Shown: piece by piece, positions 9,193 through 17,579 of the stretch
Numbering within the stretch: the stretch's first letter is position 1
Layout of the letters: each line of letters starts with the position of its first letter
DNA from: Eubacteriales bacterium
GTDB lineage: Bacteria; Bacillota; Clostridia; Saccharofermentanales; DTU023
DNA length: 64,000 bases
Assembly (NCBI GenBank): GCA_030537595.1
Contig: JAUNVR010000002.1
Span: forward strand, 5,750 to 69,749
Direction of reading: 5' to 3'
Notes under the pieces: model-generated
Told to the model about the DNA's origin: nothing
The model's database searches: none
What the model saw: the letters and a program-made list of their open reading frames with translations, nothing else
Program-made: the position numbers and the translations under genes

Positions 9193-10587
9193 ATGGAAAA
9201 CTTAGTCTATATTAGTGATATCTACCGTGAGCCTGAGGCTTATACAGAGGGCGAGATAAGGGTCGGAGGTTGGCAAAGAACCTTGCGTGACCAAAAGAGC
9301 TTTGCTTTTTTAGATTTGCGTGATGGAACAGATTTTCGTGGCCTACAAATTATTCTCACCCCGGAGGCTTTAGAAAATTACAAAGAGCTTGCTCATGCCG
9401 GTAACGGTGCGGCCTTGATCTGTACTGGCAGTTTAAAGTTAACTCCGGAGGGTAAGCAGCCCTTCGAATTACATGCCTCCAAGGTCGAGATAGAGGGCAA
9501 GTCACCGGCTGATTATCCGCTCCAGCCAAAGCGGCACAGCCCAGAGTTTTTACGCACTATTCCCCATCTTAGACCACGTAGTAATCTCTTCCAGGCAGTG
9601 TTTAGACTGCGTTCAGTTCTGGCCTTCACCTTGCACGAGTTTTTCCAAAAACGCGGCTTCGTCTATGCCCAAACTCCGATCATTAGTTTTAGTGATGGAG
9701 AAGGTGCAGGTGAAATGTTCACGGTTACAAACTTTGACCTGAATCATCCTGCAAAGACGGATAAGGGTGAAGTCGACTTTAGTGAAGACTTCTTTGCCAG
9801 GAAGGCGCAGCTCACAGTTACAGGCCAGATGGAAGGTGAGGCGATGGCGCAAGCCTTCCGTAATATCTACACCTTTGGCCCAACTTTTAGAGCGGAGAAC
9901 TCAAATACTGTTCGCCATGCTGCGGAGTTTTGGATGTTGGAGCCAGAGCTTGCCTTTGCGGACTTAGATGATGTTATCGCTTGTGCTGAAGATATGCTGA
10001 AATACACGATTAAGCACGCTCTCGAAGCCTGTCCTGTAGAGTTTGAATTTTTCAATAATTTTGTTGAAAAGGGCTTGATCGAACGCCTGGAGAAATTGGT
10101 CAACGCAGAATTTGTGCGCATGACTTACACCGAGGCAATTGCTGAGTTAAAGAAGGCCGAGACCGAGTTCTCCTACCTGCCAGAATGGGGCGATGATTTG
10201 CAGAGCGAACATGAGCGTTATATTTGCGAGAAAGTGATTGATGGGCCAGTTTTCGTCACGGACTATCCGAAAGATATCAAAGCCTTCTATATGAAGCAGA
10301 ATGAAGATGGAAAAACAGTTGCTGCAACCGACCTCCTAGTTCCCTACGTTGGTGAAATCATCGGCGGCTCGCAACGTGAGGAATCGGAAGAGAAATTGCG
10401 TGCGAGAATTCGTGAGCTGGGGATGAAGGAATCAGAGTACGAATGGTATCTGGCCTTGCGGCGCTACGGCAGTACTCGGCATGGCGGCTTTGGCCTCGGC
10501 TTTGAACGCTTACTGATGTATTTAACTGGCGTTAAAAATATCCGAGACGTGCAGATTTTCCCAAGAACTAAGGGTTTCTGCATTTAA
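9193..10587 (+). CDS. asnS: Asparaginyl-tRNA synthetase
   Basis: 464 aa class IIb aaRS. Motifs: FRAENSNTVRHAAEFWMLEPE and GGSQRE...GGFGLGFERL. Confidence 0.92.
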   Translation: MENLVYISDIYREPEAYTEGEIRVGGWQRTLRDQKSFAFLDLRDGTDFRGLQIILTPEALENYKELAHAGNGAALICTGSLKLTPEGKQPFELHASKVEIEGKSPADYPLQPKRHSPEFLRTIPHLRPRSNLFQAVFRLRSVLAFTLHEFFQKRGFVYAQTPIISFSDGEGAGEMFTVTNFDLNHPAKTDKGEVDFSEDFFARKAQLTVTGQMEGEAMAQAFRNIYTFGPTFRAENSNTVRHAAEFWMLEPELAFADLDDVIACAEDMLKYTIKHALEACPVEFEFFNNFVEKGLIERLEKLVNAEFVRMTYTEAIAELKKAETEFSYLPEWGDDLQSEHERYICEKVIDGPVFVTDYPKDIKAFYMKQNEDGKTVAATDLLVPYVGEIIGGSQREESEEKLRARIRELGMKESEYEWYLALRRYGSTRHGGFGLGFERLLMYLTGVKNIRDVQIFPRTKGFCI

Positions 10588-10671
10588 AATATAAGTAGAT
10601 TATATTTAGAGCATTAAATTATCTCAGCTTATTTCAACTAATCTGCTCTTCTAAAGAAAGAGAGCTTAGGA

Positions 10672-11361
10672 ATGGAAAAATTGAGAATTTATGATTTACC
10701 CCGGGATTGTCGTCCTTATGAAAAATTGGAGGACAATGGTGAGGCTGCTTTGGCTGATGCAGAGTTATTGGCGATTATCATTAACTCTGGCAGCCAGGGC
10801 AAAACAGCCTTGGATATCGCCCAAAATCTTTTGGCCGAAGGTCGGAATCTAGAGTTTATAAGGCGGGCATCCTTAATGGAGTTGCAGGAGTTTCCGGGGA
10901 TTGGCAGGGTCAAGGCTCTGCGCCTTAAAGCAGCTCTGGAATTAGCTACGAGGCTGTTTTGCAAGGCGACGGAAAGCGGAGATCTAATTACTTCACCAGA
11001 AGCTGCTGCAGGTTATATCAGTCACAAGCTGGCAAACCTCGATCACGAGCAATTTCATTGCATCTATCTGGATTGTAGGAAGCGGGTGATTCGTTCAGAA
11101 ATGATTGCGACCGGTGGATTGGACAGTACTGTAGTTAAACCGCGGGAGGTTTTTCGCAGGGCCTTGCGCTTGAATGCGCATAGTTTAATTCTGAGCCATA
11201 ACCATCCCTCCGGAAACCCTGATCCATCGCCAGCAGATATTCGCTCGACCGAAGCGTTTTGTGATTTAGGTAAAAAATTGGGTATTCCAGTTTTGGACCA
11301 TCTGATAATTGCAGATACAACTTGCTTAAGTTTACGTGAAGAGGGTTTAATGCCGGTTTAA
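10672..11361 (+). CDS. radC: RadC-family JAMM domain protein (UPF0758)
   Basis: 229 aa with an HhH-like N-terminus (ELQEFPGIGRVKA) and the JAMM motif SHNHPSGNPDPSPADI. Confidence 0.9.
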   Translation: MEKLRIYDLPRDCRPYEKLEDNGEAALADAELLAIIINSGSQGKTALDIAQNLLAEGRNLEFIRRASLMELQEFPGIGRVKALRLKAALELATRLFCKATESGDLITSPEAAAGYISHKLANLDHEQFHCIYLDCRKRVIRSEMIATGGLDSTVVKPREVFRRALRLNAHSLILSHNHPSGNPDPSPADIRSTEAFCDLGKKLGIPVLDHLIIADTTCLSLREEGLMPV

Positions 11362-11463
11362 GCCAGGGGCAATTTAGTATATGATTTACGGGTGAGATTT
11401 AATCTGAGCTGGTTCTCTGGTTATGGTTTAAGCTTATATTTTACTTAGCTGAAAGGTTTGGTC

Positions 11464-12327
11464 ATGTCACAAGGGCGTAAGTCACGTGTCTTAATTTTAA
11501 TTATAGTGAGTCTCGGCTTGGTGGCCCTGATTCTATTTTCGAGCCTGCCAGAGCGGCCTCTCAGTATGTTGAATTCTCCTTTATCAGCAGTGCTCACACC
11601 CTTGCGTAAAGCAGGGCGCAGTGTGAAGTTAAAGCTGGGGGATTACTTTTCCTCGAGCCGAGAACAGGCTGCTTTAAGAGCGAGTAATGAGGCCCTTTTG
11701 GCGGAAAATCTCCAGTTGCGCCTAGAAATTAGAGCGAATGAAAAAGCCGCAGAAGAATTTCATAAGATTCGGGATGCCTTTAAGTTAAAAGAGGCATTTC
11801 CCCAGCAGAGTTTTCAAGCTGCTCATATTTTGGCGACCCCGGGTGGGAAGGAATTGGATCTAATCAATGTGGACGTGGGCACCAATGATGGCTTGCTCCT
11901 GAGTGGCACTAGCACTCACGCTGTCCTCTCTGCATCTGCTGCGGTTTATGGCAGAGTCTATTCTGCCGATTATCGGAGTGCAAAGATCCTGCCTGCCTGG
12001 CATGAGGGATTTTCGATTTCTGCCAGAAGTGAGGCAGATACAGCGCACAGTTTTCGAGTTAGAGGGGATTTTCGCTTGAAAGATGAGCGCCTATTGCTTG
12101 CTGACCAGATTCCGGTTGCTGCTGCAGTGCGGAAGGGTGACTTAATCGTCAGCTCAGGCAGTGGTGGCATCTTCCCACCAGGCCTGGCTATTGGCTATAT
12201 TGAGGAATTATATGATGCCGCGGAAGAGGGCTTCCGCGAAGCAGTAGTTCGACCGCTGGTTGATTTTTCTGACTGCCCCATAGTCTTCGTGCTCTTATCC
12301 ACTGATGCTGAGGAGGAGCTCAAGTAA
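11464..12327 (+). CDS. mreC: Cell shape-determining protein MreC
   Basis: N-terminal TM helix, a coiled coil (ENLQLRLEI), and the C-terminal beta domain motif SGSGGIFPPGLAIGYI. The ATG at 11464 has better SD spacing than the TTG at 11458. Confidence 0.85.
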   Translation: MSQGRKSRVLILIIVSLGLVALILFSSLPERPLSMLNSPLSAVLTPLRKAGRSVKLKLGDYFSSSREQAALRASNEALLAENLQLRLEIRANEKAAEEFHKIRDAFKLKEAFPQQSFQAAHILATPGGKELDLINVDVGTNDGLLLSGTSTHAVLSASAAVYGRVYSADYRSAKILPAWHEGFSISARSEADTAHSFRVRGDFRLKDERLLLADQIPVAAAVRKGDLIVSSGSGGIFPPGLAIGYIEELYDAAEEGFREAVVRPLVDFSDCPIVFVLLSTDAEEELK

Positions 12328-12328
12328 G

Positions 12329-12904
12329 ATGAGTGATTTCCAAGCCAGGGAAAAACGACAAAAGTATATAAACTGGAGTATCTTTCCTCTAGTCATTTTG
12401 GCGCTGTTCTTGGACTCAGCTGACTTTCTGAGCTTTGGTCAGTCAGCTATTAGAGGGGATTTTATAGCTGCACTGGTTTTTGTTTACACAATTCTAAAAG
12501 GTGGTCGGGATGCCTTTTGGCTAGCCTTAATCTGTGGCTATCTAAGGGACTATCTGGCGGCTCCCGCGATGGGGGTTGGAGCACTGCCGCTACTCTTTGT
12601 GTATGCAGTTGCGGCGCTCGACTTTTGGCCGAGTGGGAAGCTCTTCTTTCGCCTCTTGCAATTTTTGCTGGCGCATTACTTAGCGGCTATCGCTTTTGCT
12701 TTTACTTCGCGCCTTGTCGCCTGGCAATTAGATCTTAGTAATTCCCTGCCTGCTTATCTCATTTATCATTTAAAGCTTGCCAGCCAGAGCCTAGTCTTAG
12801 ACTTACTGGCTTTTGCATTTTGGTATCTGATTTTAAGCTACAGTAAAAATAAAAAATCTAAACAGAGGTCAGCAGGGGTGTTAAAGGAGCTCGGTAAACG
12901 ATGA
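12329..12904 (+). CDS. mreD: Probable MreD (small polytopic membrane protein following mreC)
   Basis: About 190 aa with 5 predicted hydrophobic helices. Its position between mreC and PBP2, and the ATGA overlap with the PBP2 start, support the call. The ATG at 12329 lies just after the mreC stop. Confidence 0.6.
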   Translation: MSDFQAREKRQKYINWSIFPLVILALFLDSADFLSFGQSAIRGDFIAALVFVYTILKGGRDAFWLALICGYLRDYLAAPAMGVGALPLLFVYAVAALDFWPSGKLFFRLLQFLLAHYLAAIAFAFTSRLVAWQLDLSNSLPAYLIYHLKLASQSLVLDLLAFAFWYLILSYSKNKKSKQRSAGVLKELGKR

Positions 12905-15183
12905 AAAAATTCCTTAACTTTTCCTTTAAAGACCGTCCTTTAGACGCAGACAAGCAGCTTAATCCGCAGCGGATTAAACGGCGCTTCTCTTTGATTTTGG
13001 CCTTAATTTTATTGGCCAATACGGTGCTTTTCTTGCGTACTGCGAGTCTTCAGTTTTCAGGTGGGCGTCAACCGCTTGTGGAAGAGACAGTGGGGCGCAG
13101 AAGGCAGATAACTGTTCCGGCACCGCGTGGAGATATCATCGATTTAGCCGGCCGCCCCCTAGCCTGGTCCGAGGAGGTCGAATCCTTATATATTGTCGAA
13201 ACTGGCTTGAGTGACAAGGAGCTCAACAGTCAATTGCTGAGCTTATATGAACTACTGGAAAGTCACGGCGTGAAGGTGGAAAGTAAATTTTCAGAGTACT
13301 TTGACTTTGCATCCGATACCGTCGATAGTGAGCAGAATCCCCGTTTTGTCTTTAAGCAGGATATGGACGTCATTAGAGCCTGGCAGAAGGATCGGGACCT
13401 TTTCAATTTAAAGGATAAGTCTGCTCAGACCTTGGCCTTATATAAGATCAAAGAAGAGCCGAGTAACTTTTTTAATTATCTACTTTACGACTTTTTCAAG
13501 ATTGAAAATAGGCAGGCTGGTGCCTCGCGGCGCTACACTAATTTAGAAGCGTATAAGATTATGACTATGCGCTACCACCTTTTGGCCAATAACTGGGCTT
13601 TTGTCCAGGGCCAAGCGGTGCTAGTAGCTCGCCCCATTAATGCAAGTATTAAGGCGGTAATTACCGAGCAAAACAGTAAGTATCGAGGCCTGGTATTCGC
13701 CCCCTCATATCGCCGGCGCTACGCAGAGGATGCGAAGTACTTTTGCCATGTTTTGGGCTATGTTGGAAAGATATCTGCAGTCGAGTATGAGAACTATAAG
13801 CAGTATTCATATACCGTGCAGGATGAGGTCGGTAAAGCCGGAGTCGAACTGTCTTGTGAGCGCTATTTGCATGGTGAGCCTGGGGTGGTTTCGCTGGCCA
13901 GCTGGGTCAAGGATGAGCAGGGCGACTACTTCCTTCCGGCGACCTCAGCAATTTCACCGAAACCTGGGATGACGGTGCGCCTAACCATTGATACTAAAGA
14001 TCAAATTGCAGCCTTTAAAGCCCTGCGAGATAACATTAAAGTTCAGCGTTTACAGGATCCGGAAAAAGGTAATGCTGGAGCGACAGTGGCCTTGGATACT
14101 AAGAGCGGTGCAATTATTTCCATGGTCTCTGTCCCGGTTTACGATCCCAGAGATTTCGGGGCGGCAGGCTACGATGATGCTGCAGCCTTGAGAGTCAAGA
14201 ATTATCTTGAGGATAATAAGCACAAGGCCTTATTAAATCGCTGTATCGGTGAGATTTATGCTCCGGGTTCAACCTTTAAGACAATTACTTCAATCGCTGC
14301 GATTATGGAAGGCGTGATCAAGCCCGGGGAAGAGTTTTACAACTGCAAGGGTATTGATACAGTCGGTTATCGTGAGTGGGAGTGTTTTAATGCCCAGGGC
14401 CAACCGCATGGTGTACAAAATCTTGCGACGGCTCTAGTTAACTCCTGTAACTTATATTTCTATCAGCTGGGCCTTGATCTAGGCATTGATAAGCTGGCCA
14501 AATGGTCGAAGATCTTAGGTCTAGGTGAGTATAGTGGAATTGATTTGCCGGGTGAAGTAAAGGGGATTAGGCCGGGGCGAGAGTTAAAGTTTCAGACCCG
14601 AGCCTTGCCGGAGGATCAGGAGTGGTACCCGGCCGACACTTGTCAAACTGCAATTGGCCAATTTGATAATGCTTATACCATGCTCCAGATGGTTAGAGCG
14701 ATTGCTGCCTTGGCGACGGGGGACTTATTAACCCCACACGTGATTAAAGAAATCACAGATCATACTGGGGCGGTGCAAAGAGCTGAGGTGATTGACAAGC
14801 GGAAGTTGGACTTGTCGCCCACGGCAATCGAGATGGTCCGCCGCGGCATGGTCGGTCTAACGCGGGAAAGCCGATCCTACACGCGGCTGAACTTCGAGCA
14901 CTTCCCGATATCTGTAGCAGCTAAGACTGGTACAGCTGAAGTTGGTGCGAGTCAGGAGCTATACATCACTAACGGACTCTTTGTCTGCTATGCCCCTGCA
15001 GACGAGCCTGCTGTAGCGATATCTTGTATTGTAGAGAACTCAGATAGCTTTGGTGACTCAGCTTCATACATCGCCCGAGATATTTTGGCCGAGCGATTTC
15101 AGGTCGAGTTAACACTGGATGTTTTGCAGTGGCAAGACCCGCGAGATGTTGAAGAGGTATTTAATACCGGCTTCTATGACTAG
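12901..15183 (+). CDS. mrdA: Class B penicillin-binding protein (PBP2-type elongation transpeptidase)
   Basis: 760 aa with an N-terminal TM anchor and the transpeptidase triad STFK (APGSTFKT), SCN (VNSCNLY) and KTGTA. Confidence 0.85.
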   Translation: MKKFLNFSFKDRPLDADKQLNPQRIKRRFSLILALILLANTVLFLRTASLQFSGGRQPLVEETVGRRRQITVPAPRGDIIDLAGRPLAWSEEVESLYIVETGLSDKELNSQLLSLYELLESHGVKVESKFSEYFDFASDTVDSEQNPRFVFKQDMDVIRAWQKDRDLFNLKDKSAQTLALYKIKEEPSNFFNYLLYDFFKIENRQAGASRRYTNLEAYKIMTMRYHLLANNWAFVQGQAVLVARPINASIKAVITEQNSKYRGLVFAPSYRRRYAEDAKYFCHVLGYVGKISAVEYENYKQYSYTVQDEVGKAGVELSCERYLHGEPGVVSLASWVKDEQGDYFLPATSAISPKPGMTVRLTIDTKDQIAAFKALRDNIKVQRLQDPEKGNAGATVALDTKSGAIISMVSVPVYDPRDFGAAGYDDAAALRVKNYLEDNKHKALLNRCIGEIYAPGSTFKTITSIAAIMEGVIKPGEEFYNCKGIDTVGYREWECFNAQGQPHGVQNLATALVNSCNLYFYQLGLDLGIDKLAKWSKILGLGEYSGIDLPGEVKGIRPGRELKFQTRALPEDQEWYPADTCQTAIGQFDNAYTMLQMVRAIAALATGDLLTPHVIKEITDHTGAVQRAEVIDKRKLDLSPTAIEMVRRGMVGLTRESRSYTRLNFEHFPISVAAKTGTAEVGASQELYITNGLFVCYAPADEPAVAISCIVENSDSFGDSASYIARDILAERFQVELTLDVLQWQDPRDVEEVFNTGFYD

Positions 15184-15269
15184 TTCATACAAAAAATGCC
15201 TGTAATACTTGCCTGTTTTTTGGACATTTGATATAGTTATTTAAGCTCAAATGAGCATAAGGAGGCCAC

Positions 15270-15674
15270 GTGAAAATTATATTGATGGCGGATCAGCGCA
15301 AGTATGACTTGCTTGTTAATTTTTGTATTGCCTACAAGCAAATCCTGAAAAAACAGGAGCTCAGTTCGCAGTTCAATCTTTCACGTCAAATTTTTGAGGC
15401 CTGTGAGCTTCCAGTAGAAACTTTAGCTAGTGATCGTTTTGCTCAACTGGAGCAATTAGCCTCGAAGGCTCATTATAATGAATTAGACGCAATCATTTAT
15501 TTGCGCGACCCGCAGGAATTCAATCCACATAGCGACAGTTCATTTGATAAGCTGGCTCGTGCCTGCGATGCGAATTCGATTCCTTATGCGACTAACTTGG
15601 CAACTGCCGAGCTTTTAATCCTAGCCATCGACCGCGGTGACCTCGACTGGCGTGATTTGGTCAGGGCGAATTAA
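15270..15674 (+). CDS. Methylglyoxal synthase-like (MGS fold) protein lacking catalytic residues
   Basis: 134 aa that aligns without gaps to MgsA (MKI.L.A..., AY..ILK, LRDP....PH, SIPYATNLATAELL). The HD, TGTTG and GGDQQ catalytic/phosphate motifs are replaced by DQ, SQFNLS and FAQLEQ. Confidence 0.75.
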   Translation: MKIILMADQRKYDLLVNFCIAYKQILKKQELSSQFNLSRQIFEACELPVETLASDRFAQLEQLASKAHYNELDAIIYLRDPQEFNPHSDSSFDKLARACDANSIPYATNLATAELLILAIDRGDLDWRDLVRAN

Positions 15675-15691
15675 TTTCATAGAGGCACGCC

Positions 15692-16414
15692 ATGAAAATC
15701 ATTATTTATCCAGAAACCTGGCGTTCTGCAAATTCGTATTTAATTTTAGCAGAGCATAATTATCTGATAGATCCTAGTCTGGGGCCGGATAAAATAGCTG
15801 CGAAGGTAGACTATTTAATTGCAACTCATGGTCATTTCGATCATATTGCAGCCTGCGATGAGTGGCGTGAGAAAGCAGATTCGAAACTTTTTATAACTGT
15901 AGAAGATAGTGCAAAGCTGCAGGACAGGGAGGCGAACTGTTCCTGCCTTTTCTGCCAGCCGAATACCTACCAGGCGGCCGAGCATTTAATTGCGAATGAG
16001 GAGATTTTACAGTTTGAAGCGACTCTGCGCTTTAAAGTTTTGCATACACCAGGTCACACGACGGGTTCAATTTGCCTGCTTTTAGAAAGCTTGTATGATC
16101 AAGCGGCTTGGCAGTTTGAACAAGCCTCGAAGACTGGCTCGAGCCAAGTTGAAGAGAGTCAGGTAAATAGTGGCGACTCACCAGACTTAGTCAGAGAGCA
16201 ATTTCAGCCGATTGCCTTATTTACGGGGGATACAGTTTTTGCCGATAGTATCGGGCGGATGGATCTACCAAGTGGTGACCCTAGTCAGATGCGCGAAAGT
16301 TTGCAAAAGTTCAAGGCCTGGACGAAGAATTTACCGGCTGATTTAATTGTTTTCCCAGGTCATGGTAGGGCCTTAAAGCTGGGCGAACTACTAAGTCAAA
16401 ATCCCTATCTTTAA
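15692..16414 (+). CDS. MBL-fold metallo-hydrolase (glyoxalase II-like)
   Basis: Motifs ATHGHFDH, HTPGHTTGS, FTGDTVF and PGHG. An insertion of roughly 45 aa of polar residues sits between the motifs. Confidence 0.8.
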   Translation: MKIIIYPETWRSANSYLILAEHNYLIDPSLGPDKIAAKVDYLIATHGHFDHIAACDEWREKADSKLFITVEDSAKLQDREANCSCLFCQPNTYQAAEHLIANEEILQFEATLRFKVLHTPGHTTGSICLLLESLYDQAAWQFEQASKTGSSQVEESQVNSGDSPDLVREQFQPIALFTGDTVFADSIGRMDLPSGDPSQMRESLQKFKAWTKNLPADLIVFPGHGRALKLGELLSQNPYL

Positions 16415-16526
16415 TTATTTAGCCATTTCTAATCATTAAACTCCGACTCAGCAGGCTTGTGTTATAATTAGCTTTGCGCTTTTGCGCAGCTCTAGAAGGA
16501 TTATCTAGTAAAGCGGAGAATATGAA

Positions 16527-17567
16527 ATGCAAGATTTATTAAATGAATTAAAAAACTTAAAAGCTGAATTCGAAACTGGCTTGGACTCAATTAAAGAAAG
16601 CAAAGAGCTGGATGAATTGCGGCTTAAATTCCTCGGAAAAAAAGGCAAAATAACTGCTCAGATGAAGAACATGGCTAAGCTATCGGCAGAAGATAGGCCT
16701 GTTTTCGGGGCGGAGGCGAATCGCTTGCGGCAGCAGATTGAGGCTGCAATCCAGCAGGCGGCCAAGGATTTGGAGTCAGCGCGTAGAGAGCTTCAGTTTA
16801 AGGCTGAAGAGCTAGATGTGACTAGGCCCGGAAGAGCTTTAAAGCGAGGCTTAGCGCATCCCATAACCCAGGTAATTGATGAAATTTCTGAGGTTTTTTT
16901 CAGTCTCGGCTTTGCCTTGGCAGATGGTCCTGAGGTTGAGTTTATTAAGAATAATTTTGACCTACTGAGAATTGCTGAAGGCCATCCAGCACGCGATTTT
17001 CGAGATACCTTCTATATCAATGATGAGGCAGTTTTGAGAACTCAAACTTCTCCAGTGCAGATTAGAACGATGCAAAGCCAGGAGCCACCGATTAAGATAA
17101 TTTGCCCCGGCCGCTGCTACCGTTCAGATACGCCAGACGCCACTCACTCACCAGTCTTCCATCAGATTGAGGGCTTAGTGATTGATCATGGTATTGCAAT
17201 GTCTGACTTAGTCGGCCATTTGGAACTTTTTGCGAAGGCAATCTTTGGTCAAGATACGAAGATTAGATTACGCCCGCATCATTTCCCCTTTACAGAACCA
17301 TCTTGTGAGGTCGATATATCCTGCTGGGCCTGTCACGGTGTAGATAGTGAAAGCTGTTCAACCTGTCGGGGCGAGACCTGGGTTGAAATACTGGGCGCCG
17401 GCATGGTTCATCCGGAGGTTATCGAAAACTGCGGTCTCGATTCTAAAGAGTATTCTGGATTCGCTTTTGGCCTAGGCGTAGAACGGACTGCGATGGGGCG
17501 TTATGGCATTGATGATATCAGACGTTTTTATGAGAACGATCTACGTTTTTTACGGCAGTTTCACTAG
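16527..17567 (+). CDS. pheS: Phenylalanyl-tRNA synthetase alpha subunit
   Basis: 346 aa. Motifs HPARD, FRPHHFPFTEPS and GFAFGLGVER. Confidence 0.95.
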   Translation: MQDLLNELKNLKAEFETGLDSIKESKELDELRLKFLGKKGKITAQMKNMAKLSAEDRPVFGAEANRLRQQIEAAIQQAAKDLESARRELQFKAEELDVTRPGRALKRGLAHPITQVIDEISEVFFSLGFALADGPEVEFIKNNFDLLRIAEGHPARDFRDTFYINDEAVLRTQTSPVQIRTMQSQEPPIKIICPGRCYRSDTPDATHSPVFHQIEGLVIDHGIAMSDLVGHLELFAKAIFGQDTKIRLRPHHFPFTEPSCEVDISCWACHGVDSESCSTCRGETWVEILGAGMVHPEVIENCGLDSKEYSGFAFGLGVERTAMGRYGIDDIRRFYENDLRFLRQFH

Positions 17568-17579
17568 AGGAGTTTAGGC

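Noticed and set aside
16415-16526. Looked for T-box leaders upstream of pheS (and of asnS at 9099-9192), since Bacillota aaRS genes often have them.
   Set aside because: The intergenic regions are only ~112 and ~94 nt, and no T-box core (GGTGGTACCGCG-like) or specifier/antiterminator architecture is present. A TGtTATAAT extended -10 sits at ~16468-16478, with just a short leader.
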